Below the pieces are notes generated by a model that was not told the DNA's origin, ran no database searches, and worked only from the letters and a program-made list of their open reading frames with translations. Below, one piece after another: positions 40,571 to 52,635 of a stretch of 64,000 nt of DNA (positions within the stretch are counted from its first letter, which is position 1; each line of letters begins with the position of its first letter). The DNA is from Lama guanicoe. Lineage: Eukaryota. The position numbers and the translations under genes are program-made. Location: positions 1,181,587-1,245,586 of the forward strand of contig MU054187.1 in assembly GCA_013239625.1 (NCBI GenBank). The letters are read 5' to 3'.

Positions 40571-42995
40571 TTAGTATCAGCTGTCAGTTCAGTCCAACCG
40601 TCCTGATCTGCTCAGAAGGAGGGCTTCTCATTCCTGAGATGTGGGACTCTCAGTAAAAACTGGGACACTCCAGGTAAACCAGAAGGAGCAGGTGACTGAG
40701 CTGGCCACGTCCACCCAGAGTCTGCCTCCACCCACCGTGTCTCTGCCCAAATGTGCAGTTTATTCGGGAAAGACTCAGGAAGAGTTTTCTCTGACAGAAA
40801 AGATGGATGCCATACTGGGAACTTTCTAGAGAATTCATGTCTAAGAACAAAATATTTTTCCCATTTGCTTAGTATGCTTCCTTCTCCTTTTGCTTCTTAG
40901 AGCATTCCCTTTTGCCATGTATAATTTAATGATGGACTTCGATCAAAAGCATTCAGTGAGCTGGTCTAGAAATAAATGGGCCTATAACACAGAAACAACA
41001 CAGTGAAACGTAAACTTGATGTGTAAAACTGAAGCGAGAATAGTGAAAACACGTGAAAAATGTGCAGTGGCGGTAAAACCAAATTATCGTCTAATTTAAG
41101 GAGATGTGAAGGGGTGAGCACGGCTGCAGGTTCCCTTACTCAACAGCAGGACACACCTGGCCCGAGAGGACTGCAAATAAACTCTAGCAGGATTTGCTGA
41201 TTAATTAAGAGCTTTCCTTCCAAAGTGGCAGCTAGAGCTGTGTCTTTGCTGAGGTAGGTGGGCATTAGCTTGGTGATATTTTGGGACTGGGACGCACCAC
41301 TGCACCCCTCCTGAACTGGGGGAAAAAAACAGGTTTTTAAGAATAAAACTAAATCCTGAGCATCTCCACGCTGCAGGCGTTGAGGTCCTCGGGAGAGACG
41401 ACAGAGAGGAGGTACAGACCCGCCACTGAGGTGTTCATGCTTCCAACTTGGTCAGGTGTTAAAAGACCATACATACAGCATTTAAGAATGAACAGGATGG
41501 TTCACAGTAAAGCGTTGGATACGTGATACAATCTGCACATCTGCAGGATTTTCTGCCTTTATAGGACGGGCCACCTCTGTTTAGCTCTGCAACTTCGGTT
41601 CTCACAGAACCTCGTCCAACGTGGGGGCTCGTGTCCTGGGAAGTGGGTGGTGGTGGTTACGATCGTCCAGTTCCTTTCCTTCCAAAAGGCTAGGAATTCG
41701 TCTTCTCACAACGCGGCCTTGTAACACTTCTTGCTTCACCACAGCTCGGTTTGTGACATTTATAATTCCCTGAAGCTTGCTTTTCTCATGGGATTTACAT
41801 ATTCGTACTTAGAACTTACCAAGAACTTTCTCGGAGTTTTTCTTCCTTTATGTTGAAACATTTTGAAGATGATATTTCTTCCTAAGATATTACTTACCCT
41901 GTTGAGAAATTCTCTCCTGTCGAGAATTTGACTAATCTTCACCATTTTGCATGCTCCCCTCTGTTTTGTCGGGGCCAAAATTAGCAAATTTTGTAACGCT
42001 TTCTGTGGACTCTGCTTTTGCCTGACTTTTTAAACCAGAGAGACAGGTGCAGCCAGAACAGTCCTTCACTGTTATTTTCTCCCTCTTCTCATCGTCTAAA
42101 GGCGCTGACTTTCCCCGACCTCCCTTTGTAAGTGGAACTGAACATGGACTCGGAGTTTAATCTAGAATGGACTTGAGGGGTCATTTCTAACCCCCTCATC
42201 AGCTAAGGCCCTGAAAAGTGGACTGACGCAAATTAACTGCCAGGGGGAAATAGAATTAGGTAGTTAGCTTAAGATTGGAAAGTAATTTTCAAAATAGAGT
42301 CAGACTCTTATGTCCCCGTTTTATTTGGCTCCTAGGGGGGGAGTTTCCACTGTTCCGTTCCTGCTGCAGAGCTCCCCACCCCATGCCCCCGCCGCCCATG
42401 GAGCAGGGACAGCTGGGTGCACAGCCGCCCACCGCGGCCTGAGTCCTGGGGTCACTTTTCATCCTTCCCACCCTGGTCAACAGCCAGGGCACAAACTAAG
42501 AGGAGACAGGTTTTCAAAAGCGGCTGCAATCCTCTTGGCTGGCTCTCAGAATGCCTGCCCTACAAGAGCGCTCTGAGCAAACCTCCTGCTCGCTGGGAGT
42601 GGCTTTGCAGATGGGCGGGAACACGCTGCCTTTCTACTTTTTTCAAATAAGCGGAACTCAGCAATATCATGAAAAATAAAGACCTTACCTGGACGAGCAG
42701 CTCAAGTCAAATCGTCCCCTTTAATGAGCGACAGGCTAGCTTGGGCTTTTTATGTGCGATCCGCGTGGTACGGACGCACGTTTATCTCAGGGCACGGGAC
42801 GGCGATGTGTGCTTGGTGGTGTTTGAGTGCTTTTTTCATGTCGTTGACTGATCACACACTTAGGATAGAAACCACGCTTTTTCATTCATACACGGTCAAG
42901 TTCAGCCACAAAACCCACGTTCAGTGTGACAACGGAAGCAGTGCTTTAATAGATACTGCGTGGGTGAAGAGTCCGTAAATAAAGATGGGGAGCTG

Positions 42996-43237
42996 GAGGC
43001 ATAAACTGGGAGTCTGGGATTTGCAGATGCAAACCACTATGTAAACAACAAGGTCCTACTGTACAGCACAGGGAACTGTATTCAATACCTTGTAATAACC
43101 TATAACAAAAAAGAATATGAAAAGGAATATATATATACATGTATAAATGAATCACTGTGCTGTACATCAGAAATTAACACAACATTGTAAACCAATTATA
43201 CTTAAATGACATTTTTTAAAATCATCAATAAAAAAAA
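42996..43237 (+). mobile_element. 5'-truncated L1 (cetartiodactyl/camelid-type 3'UTR) with A-tail
   Basis: ataaactgggagtctgggatttgcagatgc...aacaacaaggtcctactgtacagcacagggaact...tgtgctgtacatcagaaattaacacaacattgtaaacc. Degenerate candidate TSD at 42981-42995 / 43235-43249. Confidence 0.9.
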
Positions 43238-43951
43238 GATTGGAAATTGTCTGGAAAGACAAAGGGGAATGACTCATGGAGAGGAAACCGTGGTGCTTTC
43301 CCAGGACTAACTGACTGTGTGCGCCAGGGTCTCGGTGCGAGGAGGACACACACGCCCTGGCGGGGAATCTGCCCGCCCTCACCCACGAAGGGCAGAGCTG
43401 GGAGTGAACATGCACTAAGGAATCACCAAACAGGACTCGCCGTGTCAGAGAGCCCCGTTCCTTCCTGTGCTTAGCCAGATGCTCAGTCTGTCTGTTCCCT
43501 CTGCATCCCTGCTGATGCAGACCACACCCATCCACATGTCCTCCACTAGCTGCACTAGAGAAGGCCTCGACTGCCTCTCCCCAGAGGAGCTCTTCATGTC
43601 TGGAGCAAACAGCCACAGATACACCTTTTCATTAAAAGGCATCATTGACTCTGCGAACTGAAACGTGGCCAAGCTTCCTGTAAATTAGATTCTGTCCAGG
43701 TGCTCTGCACCCTCTCAGCCTGTCTAGAGCGCTCGTGTAGTGTTAGTAACTGCTGCTTGTTTCTTTACTTTTTTTTTTTAAAAACTAGATTTGGGCTCCT
43801 TATGGTTCAGGACCACATTCTCCGTGTGTCGCTACTGAATCTTGCATGCGATGAACACAAAATTAACTAGCTGTGATTATGTGCTGTTCCACCTCGTCCT
43901 GGCTGCCTGTAGGCGAGTCTTGCAACCCCAGGGGTGACAGCACCACGCCTT

Positions 43952-44215
43952 CTGCTGGTTAGTTTTCTCCAGCTGTGTAACACATCGCCACAGATTTAGT
44001 TGGCTTAAAACAGCGTGCATTACACCTCCCAGTCTCCTTGTGGGAGGAGTCTGGGTGCAGCTTAGGCGACCCTGGTTCACAGTCTCCCAAGGCAGCAATC
44101 CCGGTGTCGGCCACACTGCATTGTTCCTGAGGCTGGGGCCCCTTCCCAGCTCACGGGGCTGTTAAGAACTTAGTCTCTGCAGTGGAACATTGAGGTTCCC
44201 ATTTTCTTTTCTTTC
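43952..44215 (-). mobile_element. MaLR LTR fragment (MLT1E-like)
   Basis: gctgtgtaacacatcgccacagatttagttggcttaaaacag...ggagtctgggtgcagcttag...tgaggttcccattttctt. Confidence 0.75.
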
Positions 44216-44892
44216 TGGCAAGAGGTAATACACTTAAAGGTGAAAAACGCATACAGGAAAGCCAGCTGTGTAAAATCGGAACATAACTCTGATGCCGCTA
44301 GGCTTTCTGACAGTTCAGGGTGTAGGGACAGGTGCTTAACGTGAGGATCGAGTGTCTCTTAACAAAGGAAGCCTGCCGCTCTTGAGAAGGGTACATCACT
44401 CCCGGCGAGGAGGCCCGAGACCTGGAAGCTGTGAAAGGGAAACTGAAGCGCTTGAGTGCTTTACTTTCAACACCTGCAGTATTTCTTGAATTCCTGATGC
44501 CTTACAGAGGATTTGAGCTCAAATCTTTCATTTTATCAATGAAGAAACAGAAAAATATAAGCCAAAGAGCTATTTGGGAAAATATTTGAGAATTGAAGAA
44601 CCTCGATCTTCTCATAGTCATTTATTGCTTTTCCTTTTAATTAGGTTGTCAGTTTTCATCATAATAATACACGTGTGTCTCTAGTTCATGGTGATCATGA
44701 TCAGACATCTTCTCCTGAATGAAGAAACTTGAGCTGATTTTTATTACCTTCTCAGGCTGCCCACTGCTGTCCAAATTTGAAAATTATATTAGTATATTGG
44801 GATTAAATGGTGCCTGCTTTCTGTACTCACTTGCTTACCTTACTTGAGAGAAGATACCCAAAAGTTAAAATGTGTGCATCTTTTTAAGCATA

Positions 44893-45492
44893 AGACACAG
44901 GCACCCCAATATTTACAGTAGCACTATTTACCATAGCCAAGACATGTAAACAACCTAAATGTCCATCGACAGATGACTGGATAAAGAAGTTGCAGTATAT
45001 TTATACAATGGAATACTACTCAGCCATAAAAAAGAATGAAATATTGCCATCTGCAGCAACATGGATGAACCTGGAGAATGTCATTTTAAGTAAGTAAGTC
45101 AGAAAAAGAAAGAAAAATGCCCATATGAGATCACTTATATGTGGAATCTAGAAACAAAAATAAATAACAACAAAAACCACAAATGAACTTATTTGCAAAA
45201 CAGAAACAAATTCAGACATAGAAAACAACCTTATGTTTCCTGGGGGGAAAGGGGGAGGGAATGGGTTAATTGGAAGTTCAAGATTTGCAGATACTAACTG
45301 CTATATATAGAATAGCTGAACAACAAGGTCCTACTGCCTAGCACAGCTAACTGTATTCAATGTCTTGTAGTAACTTACAGTGAAAAGAATATGAAAATGA
45401 ATATATGTATGTATATGTATGAATGAAACATTATGCTGTGCACCAGAAATTGACACCATATTGTAAAATGACTACACTTCAATTAAAAAAAA
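44893..45492 (+). mobile_element. 5'-truncated L1 (end of ORF2 + 3'UTR, camelid-like)
   Basis: gcactatttaccatagccaagacatg..aacaacctaaatgtccatcgacagatgactggataaagaag...caatggaatactactcagccataaaaaagaatgaaa...caccagaaattgacac...cttcaatt followed by an A9 tail. Confidence 0.92.
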
Positions 45493-46159
45493 ATTTTCTT
45501 AAGTCTTTGTTCTCCCTTAACATTTGAAGGGTAGTCTGAAAAGCATGTGAAGGTGTCTCTACCTTGTCTTTAGCATCAAGCACCGCAGGCGAGAAAGCTG
45601 TTCCTCATGTGTTTCTCCTCCACTTACCAGTCAAGTGCAGGGTTTGACCTCGTCTGTGGGACTCCACCCTGTCAAAGTGAAGAGGGTTTTATCCTCGGAC
45701 AACCACATCCTCACTTTTAGCCTGAACGGTCCCAAGAACACATTTAACCTATTCACTGAAAGCTCGCGATTATTTTCCTGCAGTGAATCGCAGCCGGCAG
45801 GCCGATTTGACTCCCAGCTCCAGGTGTGCCTGGTGGTCCTGGGGAGAGACTGTCCAGTCCCAGCCAGAGCGGACGGGAGGGATGATCCCTCACAGCGTCG
45901 CGCGGCCTGGCAGAGTTTGGAGCCCGTGCACCCGTGTTCTCTGTCTCGGCTCCTTCGGAATCGCCCTGGCGCTGCTGTCCTGACGCCCTGGCGTGCAGGA
46001 GGGGGCTGGGGGCCCTGGTACGTCGCTGGGAGCAGTCGGATGCCTGCTCAGGGCCCCACCTGCAGGGGGCGGGCCCAGGTCGCTTTGAGCCGGGCTACCG
46101 CGCTCGTCGCCGGGGAAGAGGGCCACGGGGGAGCAGAGCAGGCCGGCTGGCCTGGGTCT

Positions 46160-46290
46160 GTGTCCCCCTTCACGGACCCCGGATAAAGAAGCGGCGTCTG
46201 AGAGGCCTCGGCGTGCTGCCGTGGACAGAGCCAGGGGCTTACGGCCCCGAAGTGTCGGTTTTACCCTAAAAGCAAGCTTAGCGCCGCAGT
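46160..46290 (-). mobile_element. GC-shifted MIR-like fossil in peak B
   Basis: tgtcccccttcac..ggataaagaagcggcgtctgagagg...gtggacagagccagggg parallels antisense MIR tatccccattttacagatgaggaaactgaggctcagagagg...gtggcagagccggga. Confidence 0.45.
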
Positions 46291-46494
46291 GGGCGAGCGC
46301 TCCGTCTCCTGAGCCTGTTCCCTTACCCTCAGGAGCAGAAGGGCCTCCCGTGTGGCCCCGTTCAGGTGGCGTCTGCGCAGGCGCTCAGCTGCGGGGAAGC
46401 CCGGGGGCCCTGCAGGGCGAGGCAGCCCCGCCCGCTCCCCAGCGTCTGGGGGCGGAGCGCCACCGCCCGCCCACGCGCTCCGGTTCTCCCGCCA

Positions 46495-46760
46495 CGGCCC
46501 CCGGGCCTGGGCTCACGCGTGGCCTTCTCCGGACAGCCCTCCGCCCACAGCCAGCCTGGGACGCCGCTCTTCCTTCGGGATGGGCCTCGCCTGTCACCGT
46601 TCGCCCTCCGTCCCCGCCCGGGTCAGCGTCCTTGCAGCGGGGAAGGCCCCTCCGCCAGGGCAGGCTGCTCGCCCTCTCCGCCCCTGCATCCCTGCCCGGC
46701 GGGGTGCTCCCCGGGCCTGGAAGAGCCCATCGAGGTGCGAAGCTTGACTGCCTGGAAAGG
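46495..46760 (+). mobile_element. GC-shifted L2 3'-end-like fossil in peak B
   Basis: agggcagg (46657), ctgcatccc (46684) and gggcctggaagagcccatcgaggtgcg (~46713-46739) follow the order of the L2 tail agggcaggg...ctgtatccc...gtgcctggcacatagtaggcgc. Confidence 0.45.
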
Positions 46761-48979
46761 GAAGACGAAGAGCAGGTACCGCTTCTGACACGCGCTTTGT
46801 TCCTGTTTGAAGTGATGTGAGTCTCAGAGCACCAGACGCCTTCATGTTCTCAGGCGTGCTGGAAATTGCCTTCCGGAATCAATAGAAACGCTCCTGGCGT
46901 TTGGGGATTATCACTATTCCTCCATTACCGAGATGGATAGATTTTCCATTGCTTTAGCATCATTTTCCGGGCCGTGAGTCTGGACTGAGGAGGAAATGGA
47001 CCAGCCTTGATGCTGAAACAGGTTCCTGCATCCTCTCTGATTGTGCTCTTGTGGGCACCCTGCCTCTCCAGGGTGATTTTCTCTGGGAACCTAGGGTATC
47101 CTCCAGGACATTATTAACTGCTTAGTGATGTGATTTTAAGGAATATAAAGCAATTTCATCTTGTATGACTTAAAAAAAGATGAATGAGACTTAATAAGAG
47201 AAAAACTTACAATGAACTCGAAAGCCAGCTGTAAATGATGCTGGGCTGTACTGGCCAGCATTTCCCTGCGGTTACCTGGACGCCTGATGTTTGCGTCCAC
47301 ACCCAGTATGTGCGTCATGAGAAGCTGTGTCTGTTTTCTCTCTTTACATTGCCTTAAGGACTTGCTTGCTCTTTAAAAATACAAACCACAGCTTGCCAGC
47401 CTTTTCCAGCTGCACTGACATAAAGTGAGGTCTCCTTCTCGTGTTCATGGTGTGCCCACCGTGTGGCCAGCCCCACCTCTGCTGGGTGTGGAGCTGGTCT
47501 GCTGTGGGGAGGTGAGAGGGCCCCTCCAGGAACAGACAGGCCTTTTGTTAGTCTCCATGCTCAGTCTTGTCCGACTTCACGGCCTTAGTCCAGGAGATCG
47601 CCCCCATTGAACGGGGGCTTTGGGTCCCCAAGGTTCATGCTCTTCCTACTGCCCCTGCCAGGCCCACGCTGCACCTGGCTGGACGTGACATCTGGACAGG
47701 GCCAGACCTTACACTGCTCTGGGTCCACATGCTGTACACTGCGAGCATTTCTGCGGTCCTGAATCTGCTTGCTTTGCACGTTGTAACACAAGAAAACTCT
47801 GGCTTATCTCCAATTTTTGCATCTCTTGTTTTCCTTGTTGCTCCCAATGTGATCATTTTTTTCAGGAAAATTTGTTTTGAGCTAGTCTTGCATCAGTGGT
47901 AACGGTAATGTTTTCTAACCGCAAAGTGATTTTGTGAATCTGTCTAAAATATGCCACTGACACAAATGTTTAAATGAGATATGAAAACAAATGCATTCTA
48001 AATTAAATGTGTGAAAAAAAGCTCAGAGTGGTCTGTCAACTTCCCCCATCCTAAATGCGTTTTGAAACATCTTTCAGTATCATGAGAGTAAATTTTAATG
48101 TAGAAAGAAAGCTTCAAGGTTAAAGATTAGAAATATTATTTCCAAGCAGTTTTCTAGTTCCTTTTCTTCTTCCTGTTGGCTTATTTTAATCCTTGTCCAC
48201 ATTTAAGCCTCTAGTCTTTCGTTCTCTTAACTCCTACTTTTTTCACTGTGGTGCTTTTTTCTCTCTTTCCACATGAAAGTGTTACAGGTTTTCCTGACTA
48301 CATTGGTACTTATTTAACTCACTGACTGCTCATGTTAAAAATTTTTAAAAAGCAAGCAATTTTCCTAGAAATAGAAGCCTTTGTGCAGAAGAGGTGTTAG
48401 GATAAATTAACAACCCAGTTCTAAATCTCCCTGAATCCAATAATCAACAACTATTATCGACCAGTGTTACTATTCGTGCAGAAATACAGAACACACACCC
48501 ATGCAGACAGATCATTACTACAAATCTTTCAGTGTTTCCTCTGATTAAACTAAACTGGGTAGCAAACTTGGCAGTGATTTATGTATACCAGGAAACCTTA
48601 AAATCATTTCCAAAATATCTACTACTCAACTATTTATAAATATACATGCAATACAACTAAAATAAATCACCAATTGGCCATATTTCAAAGAGTTAAATTA
48701 ATTGAAAGGACTATTGAGGCATTAGAAAACCATTATTCTGCCCAGCATTAGAAGAATATAGAATGTTTACCATGCAATATTAAGAATTCCCAATGAACGA
48801 TGGGGCATGGGATCCAGGGTCCACCCAAAGGACGCAGATGTTCCCAGAGGTCTCCCCACTTCCATGCAGCCCCCTGAGCCTGGGGTGTGGGAAAGGCAGT
48901 GCCCACAGTAACAATGCGAGGGGGGCTTTTGCAGGACCTCCAGAAGTGAGATCCAGATGTTAGATCTAGAAAAGAATGC

Positions 48980-49100
48980 AACTCAACCCCACATTTGCAG
49001 ATCGCTGAACAGAGACCAAAGATGCCACGTGGTTGTGCCCAAGGCCACAGAATGAGTGAGCACAGAATTAGGTCTTAACCCAATGGCCTTTCTGTCACAC
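48980..49100 (-). mobile_element. MIR SINE fragment
   Basis: ccccacatttgcagat..ctgaacagagacc...tgcccaaggccacag. Confidence 0.65.
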
Positions 49101-49114
49101 TGTACAGTTACATT

Positions 49115-49280
49115 AAAACCAGTATGCGGTCCTGGACCAGCTGAATCAGAATCACTGGATGCCTGTGAAAAATGTATAACCTGAGATTTTTCTAAACCCA
49201 CTGAATCAGAATGGAGGCTGGGAGTAGGCAGTAGAAATCTGGCGCTTGTTAAGCACCCTGTAGCTGACTCCTAGGTACTA
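49115..49280. mobile_element. MER5-like hAT-Charlie DNA transposon fossil
   Basis: tgcggtcctggaccagc..aatcagaatcactgg...cccactgaatcagaat...gaaatctg...taagcaccc. Confidence 0.7.
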
Positions 49281-49894
49281 TGATTAAAAAAAAATAGTCC
49301 TAAAGGGTACAAATATTATGGAGTAAAATACAGGTTTAAGCAATCAACTGCTTTGTCTATGTAACTGACATAACTAACATTAAATAACCAGGAGAAAGTC
49401 TCAGTGACAATAATACAGATTCCCAGAATCTCCCCCAGAAGCGACATCAGTTGTTCTGGTGTGAGTGCACGTGATTCAGAGGCCGTCATATGTGGAAGAC
49501 ACTCGTCTAAGTGATGGCATGTTGTTTATTTTTCCAAGTTATTAGCGAGGTGTCTGAAATTGACAGTTCTTTTCATAAAGTTGTTTTTTAAAAGCCACAG
49601 GTTGAAACTTACATTTCAGTAACCGACCATCAGGAAATCTGCTGAGCCCATGATGTTTCCTACTTAGCAACATTGGATTGGATGCGGTTGTGAGAGTCAT
49701 TAAGTTTCCATAGTAAAATTAGTCAGCAGCAGTACATTAATTTTATTTGCTCCTACATTAAAATGCAGGAATATTGCCAATGTTAAAAGATATATCCTAA
49801 GACTGCATGCAAATGTTTCCCAATCATTATCTGTCATAGTTTGCTAAAAATATTAAAGTACTCAATCATGACTGTATTGGCAGACAAAATTAAC

Positions 49895-50420
49895 TCTGAT
49901 GGTTAATTTTATGTGTCAACTTGACTGGGCCATGGGATGTCCAAAGTATTTGGCCAAACATTCTTTAAGTGTATCTGTGCAGGTGTTCTTGGATAAAATT
50001 AACATTTGGGCCAGTAGCTGATTGAAGCAGATTGCCCTCCCTAATGTGGGTGGTCCTAGTCTGATATGTTGAAGGCTTGAGTCAAGCATAAAGACTGGCT
50101 ATCCTACAAGTAACAGTGAGTTACTCCTTCTGGCTGACGTGAGCTGGGGCATCGGTCTTTTCTTGCCTTTGGATTTGAACTGAAACATTGGCTTTTCTTT
50201 GTTCTTGAACTGAGGGCTTTCAGATTGCAACATATAGCCTTCTGGGTCTCCAGCTTACTGACTGCACATCTTGGGACTTCTCAGCCTCCATAATTGTGTG
50301 AGACAATTCTTTATAATAAATCTCTCTCTATATATATGTACATATATAATATGTATACACATACATACATAATATATATACATACATATATGCATACATA
50401 CGTGTGTGTGTGTATATTTA
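49895..50420 (+). mobile_element. ERVL LTR (MLT2B-like), 3'-truncated
   Basis: Starts tgatggttaattttatgtgtcaacttgactgggcca; contains gcagattgccctccctaatgtgggtgg and cttgggacttctcagcctccataat. Confidence 0.9.
50322..50416. repeat. Compound microsatellite (CT)/(TA)/(CATA)/(TG)
   Basis: ctctctctatatatatgtacatatataat...catacatacata...gtgtgtgtgtgtata. Confidence 0.85.
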
Positions 50421-50545
50421 TCTGTGAAAAATGCCATTGGAATTTTGATCAGGATTGCATTGAAACTGTAGATCATTTTTATGAAGTTTTGCCATTTTTT
50501 AAAAACATTAGAACATTTTTTCCAAGTGATGCCAGTCCATGAATT
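50420..50545 (-). mobile_element. L1 ORF2 fragment
   Basis: The minus-strand translation IYSFNAILIKIPMAFFT matches the L1 ORF2 motif IYRFNAIPIKIPMxFFT. Confidence 0.85.
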
Positions 50546-52589
50546 TTCGATGGGAATCATTTATATCATTACATTTTCTCTTCAATTTCACAACAGGATT
50601 TCTTTTAATAGTTGCAAAGGGAAAAGATAAACCAAAAGTCTATTAAAAACTATCATTATTGTTAAAACCAAGGGCTGGATGCTGAAACCGCAATGATGAA
50701 AGTACTGTTCTTGCCCTGGAAAAATTTGATAATTGGTTTGAAATAACATGGTGGTCAAATACTTTCCTCAATATTTAAACGTTTAATTAGTCAAAATAAC
50801 AGAGTGGTTACTTTTGGAATGATAGAAAAGGATCTTAATAAGTAACTAAATTTTGTATAACATTATACCGGCACTTTCAAATTTAGTTTTATTCCTAGAC
50901 TTCAGTGCGTTGTTCCATTTTGTTTGGTCTGTGACTTATCTTTTGTTTCAGTGATAAAGCCTTTTTGGAAGGTGGACAGTATCATTGCAGTAAGGCAGGC
51001 ACAGGGTTTTGATTTTCTGGTACCTCTGTATGGGGCCTCTCTCTGCCCAGAGCACATTCCCAGGTCCTAAAGGTGATGGGGGCACAGTAATTACCTAGGA
51101 CAGGTTCTTACACTTGGCTCTGCAGAGTTCCAGGCTTGGAGAAAGTGGCTTAATTTGATGTGGGAAAGAAAGCAAAGCTGGGGATTGGAGCCTGTGCCCT
51201 GCCCATTATCAATGGGGACCGTCAACATTTATGTATTTCCCATATTGGATTTCTACAGCACCTATATGGGGAAAAAAATACCATGGCTCAATAAACAAAC
51301 ACAGTTCCCTCGGTGATTTTACCTTCTCTTAGATGGAAAACTGTTTTAGTTTGGAAACTTGTTTCCACTTAGAGGAACACGTTTTCCTGGTGAGAAGGAG
51401 CTGAGGTGCAGGGAGGCCAGCAGGCAGGAGGGTGCAGGGCATCCTAGTGGGAGACACTGGCCCTCAGTTGACCCTGCCCGAGTGCGGGTCTGACTCACAG
51501 CCGCACCCCCCGCCGGCCTGATGGCCCCCACTGTGCTGGAGATCTCTCAGCAGAGGAGCTTGGAAATGTGGAGCCAGTAATGAGTTCTGAAGCACAGTCT
51601 CTCCAAACTGCGATGCGTGTCGATGGGAAAAGACGCTGTTTTCGTCCCTGACTCCCCTGGGCATGGAGCCTTGAGTCTTCACCTTCATGTCATCAGCTCC
51701 CCTTCAGACAGGTGGTCTCGGGCTGCTGCGCTGACCCGAAGGATGTCAGGGAAGTGGGTGGTCACAGACGACAGGTCCCAGAACTTCACAGCGTCAAGAG
51801 CTGGCGCATCAAACAAGTACAACTTGTAAGGAGCCAAGTCCAGGAGACGTCGGAGGGCTGGGCCCCGAGACACAGAGCGAAGAGAAGGCAGCTTGTGGGA
51901 GTGAGCGCTGACTGATCACATTGTATCAGAGTCACACACGGGGGCTGGGAGCAAGGAGTCCAGAAACCAGGGGGAGAGGGAGGTGTCTGGAACCCCACCC
52001 CCGGGGCTGGGGCCACTTTACGACCTGGGTGCACGTGGCTGGGGTATTGTTCTCCTGCAAACCAGCCAAGGTGAGGTGCGCGGACAGCTCCTGTTACAGT
52101 CTGATAAACAATCGGAATTTTCAGTGACGTGACGGGAACTCCCTCGCTTCATGTTGGTCACAAAGTTGGCAGTTCTGAGAAACTGAGCCTTACCCTTGCA
52201 GCTGAGATTTGGGTGCTTACGTGTCCTGTGGCGGGTGAAACGACTTTCCACACCGTTCTCCTGAGTCTTCCTTGCAGCAATAATGATATTTCTAACTTCA
52301 TACTTCTAATCGTTGTTAATTTTTAAAAATACTTACGTGTGCTGCATCTTGTTTGAACTGTGCACGGTCCTTGGGAAGGAGGCAGGGGTAGAATGGGTAT
52401 TGAGACTTGGACCTTTTAAGTCAGTTATTTAGCAGGTGAGTAACATGCCAATATACACAGGGTCCTTCCTGAGCTGATGCTTCCACTCTGCACCTGCACC
52501 TGTCTTCTTTCTGAATCTCCATCAAATGAGATACTTGTTTTTATCTGCCTCTGTGAATCTCAGGGCTTCATTTTAAGCTTTTTTATACA

Positions 52590-52635
52590 AATATATAGAG
52601 AGAGACAGACAACAGACAGACGGACAGACAGACAG
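52590..52635. repeat. Short (TA)/(GA)/(GACA)n microsatellite
   Basis: atatatagagagagacagacaacagacagacggacagacagacag. Confidence 0.8.

Larger units (their letters stand above)
45850..46800. promoter_or_regulatory. CpG-island-like GC peak B
   Basis: About 0.95 kb of very GC- and CpG-rich sequence with several GC-box-like ccgccc motifs. Function is inferred. Confidence 0.7.

Noticed and set aside
41898..41962. Minus-strand segment ending in a perfect donor AGG|gtaagt
   Set aside because: The upstream acceptor is purine-rich and the peptide is unrecognisable; isolated donors are expected by chance in 64 kb.
45635..46845. ORFs of 130-199 aa over GC peak B
   Set aside because: Pro/Arg/Gly/Ala-rich translations in several frames, typical of high-GC non-coding DNA; the underlying sequence looks repeat-derived.
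47567..47902. 111-aa ORF with a hydrophobic C-terminal half
   Set aside because: Non-ATG start, no convincing splice sites, no recognised homology; the hydrophobicity follows from T-rich sequence.
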